The position numbers were made by a program, and so were the translations under genes. A DNA stretch of 64,000 nt from Tubulanus polymorphus. Lineage: Eukaryota; Animalia; Nemertea. The stretch spans positions 2,852,001 through 2,916,000 of the forward strand of contig NC_134035.1 of NCBI RefSeq assembly GCF_964204645.1, read 5' to 3'. The first letter of the stretch is position 1; every line of letters begins with the position of its first letter. The notes under the pieces are model-generated. The model made no database searches, was not told the DNA's origin, and saw only the letters and a list, made by a program, of their open reading frames with translations. Of the stretch, positions 24,673-36,979 are shown one piece after another.

Positions 24673-25665
24673 CAGACAGTCAAATACGTAACGCATAGAC
24701 GGATATGATTTAACGCGAGATCTGACAATCTGAAAATCTCCCTCGGACTCATAACTTTTTACAAAATTCCCTGACTATGCCCTGACCTTTTTAATGAAAA
24801 TATAACTCCCTGACTGTCCCCGATTTCCAGGTGAGTAGTCACCCTAATAAGTCATTCGTGTATATTTACTTAATGGTTCCCGTAAAACCGATGTACTAAT
24901 ACATAGTATATCAGATTTTATGATAGATACATCAAGGACAAGCGTCAGTTTCATGGAAGGTGACATTTAACGCGAGGTCATTTATCATCGCCACGTGCGC
25001 GCGCGAGACACAGCCACCGACAGACGGACTGACATCTGCGTCCGGAATACCTAGCAGCGCTCGCTCGGAGACCTCGCCGCACTGACGACGATGAGATAGA
25101 TTTCACTGGATACAACGCGGTAATAAAGCGGAAATTGTAAGATCACCGACGACGACACTATCGGCTTAGAGAGAAAACGGACGACGACGAGAATAGCCGC
25201 GGAGATAGCGCCGAGCTGAACCACTCGCACACCGTCCGAGCGTCAATCAGACACACCTCCCCGATTCAATTAGTCGATTCACCATGAAAACGAGCTCTAA
25301 CGACGAATCCACAATTACCTGATTTTCCCCGCGACCTTTTAACAAAACAATTCTCCAAAACTACATTACTAGAAATACACTCAGCAGGGGCTTTCTTAGC
25401 AAGAATAACGAGACACCTAAAATTCAAATTCCCTGATTTTTTTCCTTATCCCTGACCAGACAAATTCTCCAATCAAATTAGGTTATAAGACATATTCACT
25501 CGGTGAGGGCTATTTCTTCTCAAACGGTTCCTCATGCCACTCATCACCGGCAAGATCAAGAAACAAGAAGACGCCAAACATTCAATTTCCCCGATATCCT
25601 GACCCTTGACCAACAAATTTCCAAATAACCAGATATCCTCAATGGGGGCTGTTCTTCTCAAGAGG

Positions 25666-25710
<45 letters not shown>

Positions 25711-27126
25711 AATAATGCAAATGTTCATATGGAAACTCTTGGATGCCATCTATACAATCGATACCGAACTATACTGATGTACCGGAGCTTGTGTTTAATA
25801 CTCATAGTAAACATTGAGGTTGAGCCTTCGAATTATTGACCACACATTAGACATGATCGCCGACTGCACAAGAGCGTTTATGGCCCATACCAAATTAGGC
25901 CCAGAAGAACAACCCTTTACATAGGTGGTCCAACCAAAAACGTCGGGCCAGGCCTGGACCAGATTTAAGCACGGTCATTGCATGTGAATTGCAACTGGAA
26001 ATGACTTACTACGCTCAAAGCATTGCCTAGTATCAAGTGAGTGCTTTACGTGTGAACGCGCTCTCTGATAAGGCATGGGCCAAATTTGACTCGGGCCTGA
26101 CACCCAGGCCAAATCGTCCCCTGTGTGATCGCGGCTATAGTAAACATTGGGGCCGAACCTTGGAATAATCATGGACACATATAAACTGGATCATACGTCC
26201 ATGGAATAATTGACCTCACATTGTTATCACAGGCTACACACAACAATCACAGACAGACTGAGAGAAGAAATTAATCATTCGTCCAACGACCACAGACGAC
26301 ACCCGATAATTCCCAGTGAAACGATACATACGTGTGACATTGTGTTATCGATAGCGACAGAGCCAAGGCTACAACGTCCTGGACGACGTTTTCCATATCG
26401 AATTCAGCCACGTTTTAATTAATTAACAATCCGTACAAACAACACGTGATATCTGTGAGACTGAGGTTGAAATTCTCAGCAACTCGGCGTAATAAATCAA
26501 AGCCATGCGATTTGATTTACAGTTAGGAAAACCGAGAAGACTTTTGAGAAAATGACTTTGAATCATAACTGCAGGTCGACGAGTTTAGTTTGTGGACCTC
26601 GAAACACTGAACCAAGTAAATCCAGTATAGGGACACACAGCTTGTGGGTCTAATTTGTGCCTCTCAAAACAGACACCGAATAAAAGTGTTACAGATGGCA
26701 CTGCAGGCACTGCAGGTTTGAGGTTTCATCAGCAAACCTCAAAAAAGAACTGACTATAAGTGGTAGGCCTATACGACTAAAAAACCTCGATAAAATGAAG
26801 TCTACAGAAAAAATATCCTGGGTTTCTGCTGTAAAACAAGCCTGGAGGTTAAAGCCACGTTCACGCTATCATTAGTGAGTCCATTATCACCGGCAATTCA
26901 AACAAAGTTTCTATCAACACCTAGAAATGGTCGATTGTAAAATTCAGAACAGACCTGGATGGGCGGTCAAATTGGTCCGTTCTAAATATGGCATGGATCA
27001 ATTTGGAACGAACATTTCGCCGAGTGCGATCGCTCTGGTCTGTTCTAAATCAGTACGTTCTAAATTCGAACGTCACGCGAACGCGGCTACGGCGTTCAAG
27101 ACGTCGACGTTCTCTCGCGTACTCAC

Positions 27127-27353
27127 CGAGTCGATGTTCGGTAATTGACCGGTCGTATCGATGGCGATTTGACGCAACGAAACGACCGAGTCGTTCGGCA
27201 ATCTGCTCAATAATTCGTCTTTATCGCTCGCCGAGCTGATCACGTGTTCGATTTCGTTCAGAAGACTCGTTATTCTCGACGCTTGAATCGTTACCGGCAC
27301 CGATTGGCGTTCGGTATTTTGGACGTTGCCGTTCGTCACGACGGTCGGCGTAC
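27127..27353 (-). CDS. Liprin-beta-like gene, second coding exon (GTPTVVTNG...LLNEIEHVISSASDKDELLSRLPNDSVVSLRQI...NIDS)
   Basis: Acceptor TTTCAG| at 27354, entry in phase 1 matching the upstream exon (G|GT = Gly). Donor TCG|GTGAGT at 27126, phase 0. The LxxxlExxxxxxxxKxxLxxxlPxxxxxxL pattern resembles the liprin-beta N-terminal segment. Confidence 0.8.
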
Positions 27354-27410
27354 CTGAAATATACGAACAGAGACGCATCTGCGAACGTGTTTGAATTAAG
27401 CTTTTGAATA

Positions 27411-27958
27411 CAGTCAGTCGCCCGATATACCGCCCACAACAGTGCAGAACGATTTTGGCGGTATAGAGAGTATGGCAGTATATTGGGGGGAGGAGTTACT
27501 ATGTATTTGTATAGAGATATTGGGAGGTGTTTTACTATGTATTTGTATAGAGATATTGGGGGGTGTTTTACTATGTATTTGTATAGAGATATTGGGGGGT
27601 GTTTTACTATGTATTTGTATAGAGATATTGGGGGGTGTTTTACTATGTATTTGTATAGAGATATTGGGGGGTGTTTTACTATGTATTTGTATAGAGATAT
27701 TGGGGGGTGTTTTACTATGTATTTGTATAGAGATATTGGGGGGTGTTTTACTATGTATTTGTATAGAGATATTGGGGGGTGTTTTACTATGTATTTGTAT
27801 AGAGATGTACATTGAGAAAACCTGGCGGGGGTGGCGGTATATTGGGGGGCGGGGGGTTTACTATGTATTTGTATAGATATATTGGGATGTGTTTTACTTG
27901 TATAGAAATGTACATTGGGTGGCAGTATATGCGAAGGCGGTATATCGGCGGTTGACTG
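27411..27958. mobile_element. TA-flanked Tc1/mariner-pogo-type MITE with an internally expanded 36-bp minisatellite (27497-27806, ~9 near-perfect units)
   Basis: TA|CAGTCAGTCGCCCGATATACCGCC ... GGCGGTATATCGGCGGTTGACTG|TA. Unit is TTACTATGTATTTGTATAGAGATATTGGGGGGTGTT. An unexpanded relative lies at 42225-42385. Confidence 0.85.
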
Positions 27959-27994
27959 TACAATTCTAAACGATCGACTAGAAAGTGTTGAAAT

Positions 27995-28260
27995 GAGCGG
28001 AGTGGGCAAGTGGTTAGAGCGTTCGGCTCTGGGAAGCAAGGTCGTGGGTTTGAGCCCTGCATACATTACCGTAGTATCCTCGGGCAAGACACTGATCCTC
28101 ATCGCCTCTCTTCACCCAGACATAAATGGGTATCTGGCCTGATAGATGACTCCTGAGCGCCTCCAGCAGCTGCTCAGGTGTAACTTCTCCCCAGGGAGAG
28201 ATGACTGATACATGGAATAGAGTTGTACGCTGGGACAAAATTTGGAGCACATTTGAACTG
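27995..28260 (+). mobile_element. tRNA-derived SINE with a CORE-like central domain
   Basis: A box TGGGCAAGTGG (~28003), B box GGTTTGAGCCC (~28047), then TATCCTCGGGCAAGACACTGATCCTC...CACCCAGACATAAATGGGTA, which resembles the CORE-SINE (MIR-type) core. Confidence 0.7.
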
Positions 28261-28642
28261 ACTCTAGATCTTTCCATTTCATCTCATTCTATTTTCTCTT
28301 TATTTCTTTCGTTTACGTTGTTCCACCATGTATATTACAACCAATTATTGCAGAAAACTATATATTTACGCCTCCTTTTGTAATAGAGCTCACTGATAAT
28401 GTCTTTCGAGACCTATAAGTGGGAAATTCGTCAATTCTATGTTGTATTTCTATTTTTCTATAATAAAGACTTGTAATAAAAGACAAAACAAAAAAAAAAC
28501 TGACTCGTATCGATATACAATAAAACTGCGTACTGTGACAAATATCACCTTATTTCATCGATGGCGCAGTTTTAATATTTGTGTCTGACAGCTGAATCAG
28601 AAGAGATCTACAGTTGCAGGTTTTTTTCTTTCTACAGCTTAC

Positions 28643-28715
28643 CCGCTAATAATCCGTCCATTTGTTCGAGAGCTGCTGCTAGCATATCGCTCGCTTCGAG
28701 CTGCGGGTTCGCCAT
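28643..28715 (-). CDS. PPFIBP1: Liprin-beta-like (PPFIBP family) first conserved coding exon: MANPQLEASDMLAAALEQMDGLLAG
   Basis: ASDMLAAALEQMDG matches the N-terminus of vertebrate liprin-beta (MMSDASDMLAAALEQMDGIIAG). Exon 28643-28742 is bounded by acceptor TTTTCAG| and donor G|GTAAGC (phase 1). The rest of the gene lies left of the window. Confidence 0.88.
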
Positions 28716-30506
28716 CTCCGGTGGCTGTGCCGGCTGCCGTTCCTGAAAATAAAATAAAAAAACCCGCGTCAAGTATAGTAAGTTCGGAAAAACAACAACA
28801 ACAACAACGTTACTTCTCAGTAACGCTTCGCCGAGGGGATCCGAGCGCTTCAGTCGGAAAACGCTCAACAACAATCCTAAGACTTCAATCGAAAAACGAA
28901 TATCAAAGCGAACTCGATTCTATTGTTACAAAAATTTCCCTCGCTCTGAAGCAGTTGTAAAGAGGAGTAATACTACTGATGTTACTTTACGTAATTATCG
29001 TAAAGTAACGGAATTATCAGAATGAGTTCGACATTATACACTAAGACTAGGTATACTTCAACTACTGCGCCTTCAGTTTTCTAAATATTGATGTTTGTTT
29101 CTTTCAAAATTGATGCCTATGCGGTAGTAGGAAATAAAGCAGAGACCAGGAAAGAGAAGGATGAAGGGATTGCGGAAGAGAGGACGGAGAAAGGGAAAGG
29201 AAGGAGTAAGATGAGAGTGAATGAGGGAAGATGGGGAATGAAGGAGGGTGCGAGGGAAATGAGTGAAGAATGAGGAGGTAATGAGAGGGATAGAGATTAG
29301 TGGAGAGGAGATGAAGGAGAGAGATGAGTGAAGGGAGAGAGGGAGGAGAGGGATTGAGGAAGGTGAGAGGGACAGAGATGAGTGAAGGAGGAAGGAGAGG
29401 GGGCAGAGGGATTGAGGAAGGTGAGAGGGACAGAGATGAGTGGAGGGAAAGAGGGAGTAGAGGTTATGAGGAAGGCTTGAGAGGGATGATTGTGAATGAG
29501 GAGGGTGTGGGAGGGAGAAAGATGAGTGAATGAGTGACATTATATTGAGCACGACTCGACGTCTGTCGTTGATGACAGATGTTGAAGCAGACGCAGCCAT
29601 CGTCTCTGATTGATACGAAATGTCACAAAAGTATCAACTAATCTATCATCGCCGTCGTCGTCAAGTCATCTGATGTTTAACGACGACTAAGCCGACACTC
29701 TCTCTCGCTCTCGAGCGGCGTGTGTGCGCGTGTGTCTGACATCAAACACTTATCCATCAATAAACCGAGCGAACAGCTCTCTTCTCTCGTCGTCCTTGAT
29801 CTTCGACCCATCAATCGCGTTCGTGCGATTATCAATAAACGATCCAATCTGAGCACGATGACGAGTATTAACGCGTGTGGGGGGGAGGGGGAGGGGGTGT
29901 GAGGCGGTACTCGTCTCACGTCCTACACTATCCAGACATTTCTTAAAGGGTTTTTTTAAATGCTTATTACTCTATAGGCCCTGCATACACAATAAATACA
30001 CCACAAATAAACAAAATAACGCAAATATTCATCCAATTATTACCTCATTATCTTAGAGGGGGGTCGGTATGAGGACATTACAACTCCTAAATGAAGTGTA
30101 CCCTACCCTAGTTATTCTTTTATTTTTGAATGAGAGCGTCAATAGTGAATAAGTGTATAAACCTCGGTGAAAGCAAAACGGTATTTTACCATTTGTATGA
30201 ATCACCATAAAAATACATGACTGATGTTGAGAGAGGGAGAAAAGAGAGAGAGGAGAGAGAGAGAGAGAGTAATGAAGCCAGATATTCCGCGATTAGTCGC
30301 TCGTAAAACGGCTAGTTTCTCGCTGCTGACAACTCATTTGACTCGAGCGTAAAGAGACGTAGCCCCTCGCGAGTGCCGTGCGGGTTTCATCCTCGTTGTC
30401 GGAACTGTGACAAATCATTTCCTGCTACGTAACGCGATTCGTCTGATTCACTAACGGATCACTGAGCTCGAATCAGCCGTACAAACTACTATCTAATTAA
30501 ACAACA

Positions 30507-30552
<46 letters not shown>

Positions 30553-33500
30553 ATGATCGCACAGACTCACGAGATTTATCAGAGCGCCCGAGAGACAGAC
30601 ATTATATCTTCGTAAGCCGCGATTTGATTCGGATTAAACCGATTTCATATCCTGATAAATAAACTTTATTTTCTTCATTTTCAGTCACAATCTCCACATC
30701 TGGCTATTCGATAATCATCTCACATTTTTTCTTTCTAATTCAAATATTCGGGACATCGTTCTCAGACCGGGACCGGCGCAATATATCTGTTATACAATAT
30801 CCGCTAATATAAAGGCAATTCGAGTAATATATAAAGATCAAATAGTCCGACAGTAGAATACAGTAGGGGGGATACATTATCTGAGTCACACAGTACGATC
30901 AGCGGATTCTTGACAATTCGATTGGCGCCGATAACCAGCAGCAGCAGCAGCGGCGGCGGCGGATGATAACAGCATCTTTAAACCCTCGACCCGACGATAA
31001 TATCGCTTGTCTTTATACGTATCGGATTGTCCGGTCTTCAAATCTATCGGGACAATGACTAACCAAACATTGCAGGCATCGACCCCAGAAAATCGTTCAT
31101 TCTTCGAGGAAGCTCTTCGAACGTCGGCCGCCCGGCGGCAAGGAAAAACCGGTGTCGCATGAAGAGTTGATAGATTCAACAGAAAAACTTCTTGAACGGA
31201 ACGTGTCTCGATTTCCTCATTTCTCATGCTTTCGAGATGCAAGAAAAGACTTTTAGAAGAATACCTGGAAAAGTTCTTTTCGAAAAAAAGGATGGACGAA
31301 CATCTCCCGTATACAGAAAATTGGGTTGATTGAGGTTTATGATAATCTGTCACAGGTCAACTCGGACCTTCGCACTTTTCGATGGATTTTTGCGTATAAG
31401 CCGCGTTCGAGCATGTATGGCCCGGGCCAAATAAGCACAAATTATTCAAATTATTGCCCGTTGTGATATTGCAACTGGTTTCGGAAATGACTCACTTCAT
31501 TTTGTTAAAGCTTTGTTTAGTATCAAGAGAGTGGTTTACATGAGAACGCGCTCTCTAATTTGGCTTGGGCCAAATGGTCTGTGTGTGATCACGGCTATAG
31601 TTAAGTAATAATGGAAAGTATGCGTAGTTATTCAAAGACTGTATAATTTGTGAAATGTGATCACACACGCTATACTAAATTAACTATATAGACTACAGTT
31701 AATAGTGTCACACTTAATTCATGGACATTAACGAGCAGATGACTGTAAACCATTCAAAGAGCTTAATGACACACGGCCTAAATAGAAATATCTGTCCTCA
31801 TAATTACAATACAAATACTGTACAGGGTTCTCTGCAGTTTTCACATCCTTCCAATTGGCTTTTTTCGCATCTTTTTCATAGGAAACAAAATATCACAATA
31901 TTTCATACTTTTTCATCAGATATTTTAGATTTTTCACATTCTTAACGTCAAGGTACGAACATTAGACGTTACTAATCACATCTGTAAAACTCTGTTTACT
32001 CTTGAAATACAATTTCTCAGACTTAAACACAACTCGTGCATAGATCCACCGTATGTAAAAAGGTGACAGATTTTCTGGAATATTTCACAATTTTTATGCG
32101 ATTTTTCACAGATTTTACATATTTCTCTAAGCAGATATACACATTTCGCATCAATCCAAGCCCTGAAATCACCGAAAAGTTGTCGAAAACAAAACTCCTT
32201 TTGTAAAGAGAAATAAACAGAACTTTTTACGCAAAACAAAGAATGAACTTTTTCCGTTCTTTCGGAAGACGTAAAGAAATTATCGGTGACCTAAAAATAG
32301 CAAAAAGCGAAAGAATATAAATATTTACGACTGACTGAATATCGCAGATTGTAGATTGAAGGCGTGAGTCAAAGCTAATATTATCTAACGTGGTATTGGT
32401 GTAATGTATAGATACGTTTACCTGTACCGGTAAACTTTGTACCTACAGTTATAAAGCGATATATATATAAATATACCGGCCGTACATTCAGGGTCCCTAC
32501 ACATCGGTCATTCTTGAATATTGAAGGAGATTTGAAGGAGTTTTAAAGGAGAAGATTTCAATGTCGAAGGAAGTGTAGAAGCATCAATTTCATCCCAATT
32601 ACCGTAGACTCCTCTCCTAAATCGGTACCGTTTATCTCACCGTTAATTTGGCGGTTTTGTAAGCAAATGTTTATACTTTACGCTACTATCTCAGTTTCTA
32701 ATTCGGTAACCACCAGATCGGGTAAACACAAATCCTGGTTCCCGACTGTACCGATTTTAGCGTAGTTTATTGTAAAACTACAAACTAGACAAACATTTCT
32801 ACCTATTTACTGCCTATTTTTCAAAATTGAAGGAGTTTCCGGCATTTTGGTCCAATTAAAGGAGTCGCAAGAGATGAATTCAGGCCAAGGACTCTGATTA
32901 GATTCTATGTTTAGGCTAGATTATGAAATTTGATATAAGTCTGTTACAACGCCATCATTTTCAATATCCGAGTCTAACATCCTGCATAGAACTGGGTTCA
33001 TAAGCGCCCATGGAGATGATTTAGCCCGGGTCAAACCGGCCCACACCTGAAGTGAGTCAAATTTGGCCCGTGCTTGATTAAAAGAGAACATTCACGGGCT
33101 ACGTACTCATTAGATACTGACGATGCTGCAGCAAGTGAGGTCAGTCGCTTCCAGAACCAGTTAGCATTCATATGCAATGATTTGATCAGCAGCAGAGCTA
33201 AAATTTGGCACAGGTCTGAGATTTTTGATCAGGCCAATGGACCCATTTGACACCAGCAGCGCGTGAACGGACAACCCAGGTTAAAAACGTTCGCGTGATC
33301 GCGTCCTAGGCCCCGTGCTGCGCGCCCTTAGGTAACGAGAAAAAAAAAATCAATTTTCGCAATAAAAAACGTGCCGTAGGAGGCTATTAAAAATTACGCT
33401 CCACAGTTTCTGATACAATACGAGCTTCGAGCTACGTTCGTTCGTATAAAGATTTAATCGAAATTCATTAATCGCGATTAGTTTCAATCGTCGCGTTAAT

Positions 33501-34156
33501 AACTGCGGAAACATTAGATCCGGAAAAGCGTTTCAGCGGGAAAGCAACGCCCGTCCATATAAACAACATAACCCCCGTAATCAACCGCGTTCGTACCCGA
33601 TTACATTTATGCTAGAAATCGACGATTTTTTTCGTTTGTTTATGAAGCAATTATTTCGAGGATTTGTTCTGAACAGTATAAAACTCACTATACTTATCAA
33701 ATATATCTATCAGTTCGATAGTTTTATGAACGCAACTGCTCTTTACCTCATGACACTGGTGAGATTTTGGAGGGGTGGCCACCCCTTACAGTTTTTACAT
33801 GCATCCCTCTGAAAATCAGCCACCTCTCATAAAATATCTGCTGCCCCTACGAGACTGGATGCCAATATTCTATCGATGCTGATAGTAGCTTTGAAATATA
33901 TCGGCCTAATGCTAATGTGAAAAACAGAAGATTACACCAAAATTATTTAAGCTTTATTTTCAGGGGATTGAAAGCCTTGATATTTCAGCAGCTACGATGT
34001 CATACACTTAACAATGAATACAGCCCCTTTAAGATTCCAGCATATGCAGAACACTGCATGATTTGTAATGTCAAATGTCTCTCAAGTTTTCTATTGTTAT
34101 ATCATAACGAGTGCAAGTTCCAAAGTTCAAAAATACGAAATATGAAAGATGATTAA

Positions 34157-34445
34157 CCCTTTCAGTGCGTCTACACCGCAGTGCGGTGTATAAATCAGTG
34201 ATGGATTTTGCTAGTACACCGCACTGCGGTGTATTGATGTAATTAGTAATTAGTAATTATCTCTATTGAAAAATGGCAGAAAGTTTCAAACATAGTGAAA
34301 TACTAGTAACTAACGATACACCGCACTGCGGTGTAGACGCACTATAGTGGTATTCCCATTGTTCAACACACTAGGGTGGAATTTTTTAGAATTTTCAAAT
34401 TTTTCTCCAGCATTATAGGGTATTAATTAGTCAGCACTGAAAGGG
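34157..34445. mobile_element. piggyBac-like MITE (289 bp) with TTAA TSD
   Basis: TTAA|CCCTTTCAGTGC ... GCACTGAAAGGG|TTAA, with internal palindromes TACACCGCAGTGCGGTGTA. Confidence 0.9.
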
Positions 34446-36914
34446 TTAAGAGGTAATAATCAGACCGATTAATCCAAGTAGAGATGAAGAGAGAAATGTG
34501 CGGCCCATATCTTTTCACATATGGCAATCGTTTTCAGGGTGTACCCCTGCATGAGTACCGCTCGATGTAGTTATATACTATAACCACTGTGAGTGAGGAA
34601 TGTTGATTGCTGCCTCGGGTTCGTCTAGATCGACTTCAGTTGTGTATCTTAATCTTAGAATGATACAGTTATATAATGACTGCCTGTTCGACGTTGTCGC
34701 GATTTTTTCAGACTTAGGAAGTATGTTCCACTTGAGAGCCACATTTAGATGGTAGGCTATAGATATTTTCTCACACCAAGACTCAGAGTTAAGGAATTAG
34801 TTCTAACCCACAAGTCCTGACTGAGGGTCCAGCGTCGCAAAAACAATTCAACTCAAATTTCTAGTTAAGGCGCTATTCATTACCTCATATTTCTAATAAG
34901 TAACAAATAAAAACTTCACTCTTTTAAGCTTTAGATTCATAAACTTAATGAATATGATAAGACTGATGGCTTTAAATCACCTAGACACAGGTCAGTAGCG
35001 GATTTGCAGGGAGCGCCTATTTTTTTGCAGAGACCCTATGTACAGTACAGGTGCACACCTAAAATCGATGTTTTAGGTCAACTGTCAATGCTTTCTGGTC
35101 CTAATAAGACTTTTATCAGGTATGCAGGCCTACCACCAAAACTGACTGAGCTAGGCCACCTATGTGATATGTTCAAGTCAAGTTGAAATAGACATTAGGA
35201 AGTGACTCTGCATAGTGTCTGTCCGTAAAACAGCACGGATGATCTTGACTTGTAATTTATTGAAGTTCATGTCAAAACTGTCCGTAAAGTCAAACACATC
35301 GAACATGCACACCAATCAGGAGATTAGAGCTAGCCCAGGCTACTGGAGCCTGACTGATGATCTAGATGACACATACCACATTCAGCAGCTGCTGCAGCGT
35401 GAATCACACCGAGTGATGAAGATTGATGTAAGTTATCACATAGTGACACATCAACCGACCGAACACCACAGAGAAAACATAGATAAAACTATCAAAAATC
35501 ACTGATCCACAAATTTAGGCAGATTCGAGATGGTTGATCCTCTAAATTACGTCCTTATCCAGACCAGACTAACCCGCTAATTCAGATTGCAGTAGTTTTC
35601 ATAGAAAATTGAATTTTTTTTAATATTAAAAACTGTAAATCTAATAGAAAATAAACTAGAAATTGTTCTGATTTTGAGAGCATTTTGATATTTTCGGAGA
35701 AGTTGAGCTCTAAAAAAAAGAGTAGAAACTACACATAGCCTAGAAATCGTCCTATCCTTGACACATTCGCTAGTAGGCCTTCCCCAATACAAAATAAGTT
35801 GATTTAAAAAAACGTTAAAAAAATCCAAAAAATGTTACCGGTTTTTCCAAGCCAAAAAGTTATGCTTTTATTCCCCAGAGCCTCCTTCCTGAGATTAATA
35901 TGGGCCTATTACGGAAATAGGCCTAAATCTTTTTGGGATGGAATACGAAAGTGCAACACTAACGCCATTTTCAACAGTAATGGTATATAAAAGCATGGGT
36001 AGAAGTTTTAATTTTTTACCCCAAACTCTCGACGGGCCTCATGGATGATGGAGGCTCACATCACTGCAGAATTACATCATTTTACCTGAATTTTTAATTA
36101 GGCTACAAGCCTTGCTTCGTTTCCATGTTAAAAATTGGATTAGTTGCCGACCTAATTCTTAAAAACAACAACGTTCCAAGTTCTTTATAGATTATACGAT
36201 AACGACAACAAATTAATTATCCATCTATTACAGTAATTTCATCAGTACTGACGGCAGTTCGCGCTGTCAAAAAACATAAACAAACCCGGAGCGGAAGTAT
36301 TTTTAGTGAAACAAGTTTTTTAAGACAGCTTCGAGTGACGAAAAAAACAATTGACACTATTCAAGAAGCCAAATAAACTTCACCCACCTTCGAATAAGTT
36401 TTGTAAGTTAATATTCCCAAAGTTGCGAACACGATATCGGCGGTTTAAATCCGAAAAACAAACTTTGAAGTTAGTATTATCCTACAGAAGCGGACGATCA
36501 CGTTCTTTGTCGCAACACGCGCGACACCTAGCGCCGAACGGCTCGAAATTCATATTTATTCACATAAAAATCTAGAATTTACAAAATTTATGGATAAATA
36601 CGTATAACAAAAATGAAAAAAAAAAAAAATGTTAGGATAAAACAAGTAAATTAGAAAGAATGGGCTTAATCGCAGCTCTGTGGGGTTCGAACCCCATCGA
36701 TGACTTAGATTAAGAGCATTCATAAGTCGCAATCCGTCATCTATTCTATCATCTAAGTTTTTTTAGCTGACAATTCTAATTGCTTGCCGTCTTAATTGGG
36801 ATCGTTAATTACTTCACGGGGATTCCGTGACGACACATGGATCGGCAGACTCTACTACCCAGCAAATATCCGCCACCCGGGTATTCCCCGAATCGAGTGA
36901 CAACACGTTTTCAC

Positions 36915-36979
36915 TTCCGCATTCGTTTTCTACAGTTTCACCGGCTAACTGATACAAGGATAAACTAAATACAGATAAG
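36915..36979 (+). other. Probable non-coding first exon of UAP1
   Basis: ETS-like ACTTCCG at about 36912 and a strong donor AAG|GTGAGT at 36980. The UAP1 ATG is directly preceded by an acceptor, so an upstream exon is required. The start coordinate is approximate. Confidence 0.55.

Noticed and set aside
27221-28102. 293-aa and overlapping repetitive ORFs (SLYKYIVKHPPI etc.)
   Set aside because: They arise from the 36-bp minisatellite and the adjacent SINE; the true exon is 27127-27353 in another frame.
29073-29600. 175-aa Ser/Leu/Pro/His-rich ORF
   Set aside because: Translation of a polypurine/polypyrimidine low-complexity tract.
36670-36750. tRNA gene candidate (GGTTCGAACCCC)
   Set aside because: Only the B box/T arm is recognisable and no cloverleaf forms. 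The same applies to the tRNA-like heads at 21325, 27995, 59505 and 61880, which were called SINEs.
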